Shown piece after piece: positions 44,756-46,275 of a stretch of DNA of 46,275 nucleotides. The position numbers and the translations under genes were made by a program. Each line of letters starts with the position of its first letter. Position 1 is the stretch's first letter. Location of the stretch: positions 1-46,275 of the forward strand of contig JBLNDL010000040.1 of assembly GCA_050261575.1 (NCBI GenBank), in the 5' to 3' direction. This stretch comes from Sphingomonadaceae bacterium (lineage in GTDB: Bacteria > Chloroflexota > UBA6077). The notes under the pieces were generated by a model, which was not told where the DNA came from, did not search any database, and saw only the letters and a list, made by a program, of their open reading frames with translations.

Positions 44756-44999
44756 GCCCAAACGGGTGGGACGGAACCTCGAAGGCACGGAGATCCGCCA
44801 GAATGCCTGGTGAACCTTCGTGCCTTCGTGATCAGATGCTCACTCGGTGCGCCCTCCAGGGCAGGGCAGGCGTGCCTGCAGGCTGCGCGCGCTCGTCGCG
44901 CGGGCCGGCTCGCGCCACCCTCCGCCGGCCCGCCCGAGAGGCAGGGGATAAATGCCTCCCCTCCACCGCGACCCGGCAGGCAAGGTCGTCGGCATATCC

Positions 45000-46262
45000 C
45001 TACCGGAATGTGCGGAGCGCCTCGAAGTCCAGGGTGGCGAAGTAGTCGGCGGGCGTCTCCGCCCTCCTGATCTGCACCACCTCGCCGCTCTCCCGCAGCA
45101 ACAGCTCAGCCGATCGCAGCTTGCCGTTGTAGTTGAAGCCCATGGCGTGGCCGTGGGCGCCCGTGTCGTGGATCACCATGATGTCCCCCGGCTCCACCTC
45201 CGGCAGCATCCGGTCGATGGCGAACTTGTCGTTGTTCTCGCAGAGTGAGCCCGTCACGTCGTACTTGTGGTCGTGCGGCATGCTCTCCTTGCCGAGAACA
45301 GTGATGTGGTGGTAAGCGCCGTACATGGCCGGCCGCATCAAGTTGGCCATGCAGGCGTCCAGCCCCACGTAGTCCTTGTAGATGTGCTTCAGGTGCCGAA
45401 CCCGGGTCACCAGGAAGCCGTAGGGACCGGTGATGGCCCGCCCGCACTCCATGAACAGCTTGAGCGGCGCCAAGCCGTTCTTCACGACCTTCTCCTCGTA
45501 CAGTTCGGCCACACCCTCCGCCACCTTCTCGTAGGGCACGCCCTCCTGCTCGGGCCGGTAGGGGATGCCGATACCCCCACCCATGTTGATGAACTCCAGC
45601 CTGATCCCCAGCCTCCGGTCCAGCTCCACCGCTAGGTCGTAGAGGATCGCCACCGTCTCGATGAAGTACTGGAAATTCAGCTCGTTGGAGGCCACCATGG
45701 TGTGGAGGCCGAAGCGCCTGGCACCCTTCTCCCTCACCATCCGGTAGCCCTCGAACAACTGCTCCCGCGTGAAGCCGTACTTCGCCTCCTCGGGCTTGCC
45801 GATGATGGCGTTGCCCGCCTTAAGGGGGCCCGGATTGTACCGGAAGCAGATCAGCTCCGGGATACCCGCGACCCTCTCCAGGAAGGGGATATGGCTGATG
45901 TCGTCGAGGTTGACAATAGCGCCCAACTCCCTGGCCTTGACGAACTCCTCCGCAGGCGTGTCGTTGGAGGTGAACATGATGTCCTCGCCCACTATGCCCG
46001 CCTGCTCGGACAGCAGCAGCTCGGGCAGCGAGCTACAGTCCGCGCCGAATCCCTCCTCCTTCAGGATCTTCAGGATGAAGGGGTTGGGGAGCGCCTTGAC
46101 GGCGAAGAACTCCTTGAAGCCGTGGATATCCTCGAACGCCCTCTTGAGGCGGCGCGCATTGGCGCGGATCCCCGCCTCGTCGTAGATGTGGAAAGGCGTG
46201 GGATGGGTCCGAAGGACCTCTTCGATCTGGGCCATCGTGAAAGGCAACGTCTTTGGAGCCAT
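45000..46262 (-). CDS. lysA: Diaminopimelate decarboxylase
   Basis: TPFHIYDE, FAVKA (PLP lysine), AKYG, NMGGG, ECGR, RPAMYG, GSLCENNDKF and GAHG..MGFNYN motifs. Confidence 0.95.
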   Translation of the reverse strand: MAPKTLPFTMAQIEEVLRTHPTPFHIYDEAGIRANARRLKRAFEDIHGFKEFFAVKALPNPFILKILKEEGFGADCSSLPELLLSEQAGIVGEDIMFTSNDTPAEEFVKARELGAIVNLDDISHIPFLERVAGIPELICFRYNPGPLKAGNAIIGKPEEAKYGFTREQLFEGYRMVREKGARRFGLHTMVASNELNFQYFIETVAILYDLAVELDRRLGIRLEFINMGGGIGIPYRPEQEGVPYEKVAEGVAELYEEKVVKNGLAPLKLFMECGRAITGPYGFLVTRVRHLKHIYKDYVGLDACMANLMRPAMYGAYHHITVLGKESMPHDHKYDVTGSLCENNDKFAIDRMLPEVEPGDIMVIHDTGAHGHAMGFNYNGKLRSAELLLRESGEVVQIRRAETPADYFATLDFEALRTFR

Positions 46263-46275
46263 GTCAACCCCCTTC

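Noticed and set aside
1..46275. CRISPR array or tRNA-Sec
   Set aside because: No regularly spaced direct repeats were seen, and the two tRNAs have CAG and CCT anticodons.

Overview
High-GC bacterial chromosomal window, possibly Chloroflexota-like (inferred from gene content only). It holds about 40 CDS and two tRNAs (Leu-CAG, Arg-CCT). No transposase, integrase or CRISPR array is visible. Housekeeping genes include rpsU, murA, an IMPDH/GMPR-family gene, glyA, ppa, arsC, qor and lysA. Two things stand out. (1) A thioredoxin-NHL-repeat (NHLRC2/SOQ1-like) gene at 11013-12497 has an in-frame TGA in its redox motif (DFWTYC-TGA-INC) followed by a bacterial SECIS-like hairpin, so it is probably a selenoprotein that the ORF track truncates. 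(2) A ~15 kb surface-glycan locus at 12827-28154 encodes three GH5-type hydrolases, a D,D,D,QxxRW GT2, a GtrA flippase, a polyprenol-P-sugar synthase, a GT-C/PMT transferase and three paralogous membrane-anchored Ig-like repeat proteins. Four sigma54-type -24/-12 promoters sit upstream of its transcription units. Also present: a likely CBS-domain GMP reductase that looks like guaB, a Cys-to-Asp MurA, a sigma28 promoter before fapA, a ~74-bp inverted-repeat element family that overlaps stop codons, and several REP-like families.
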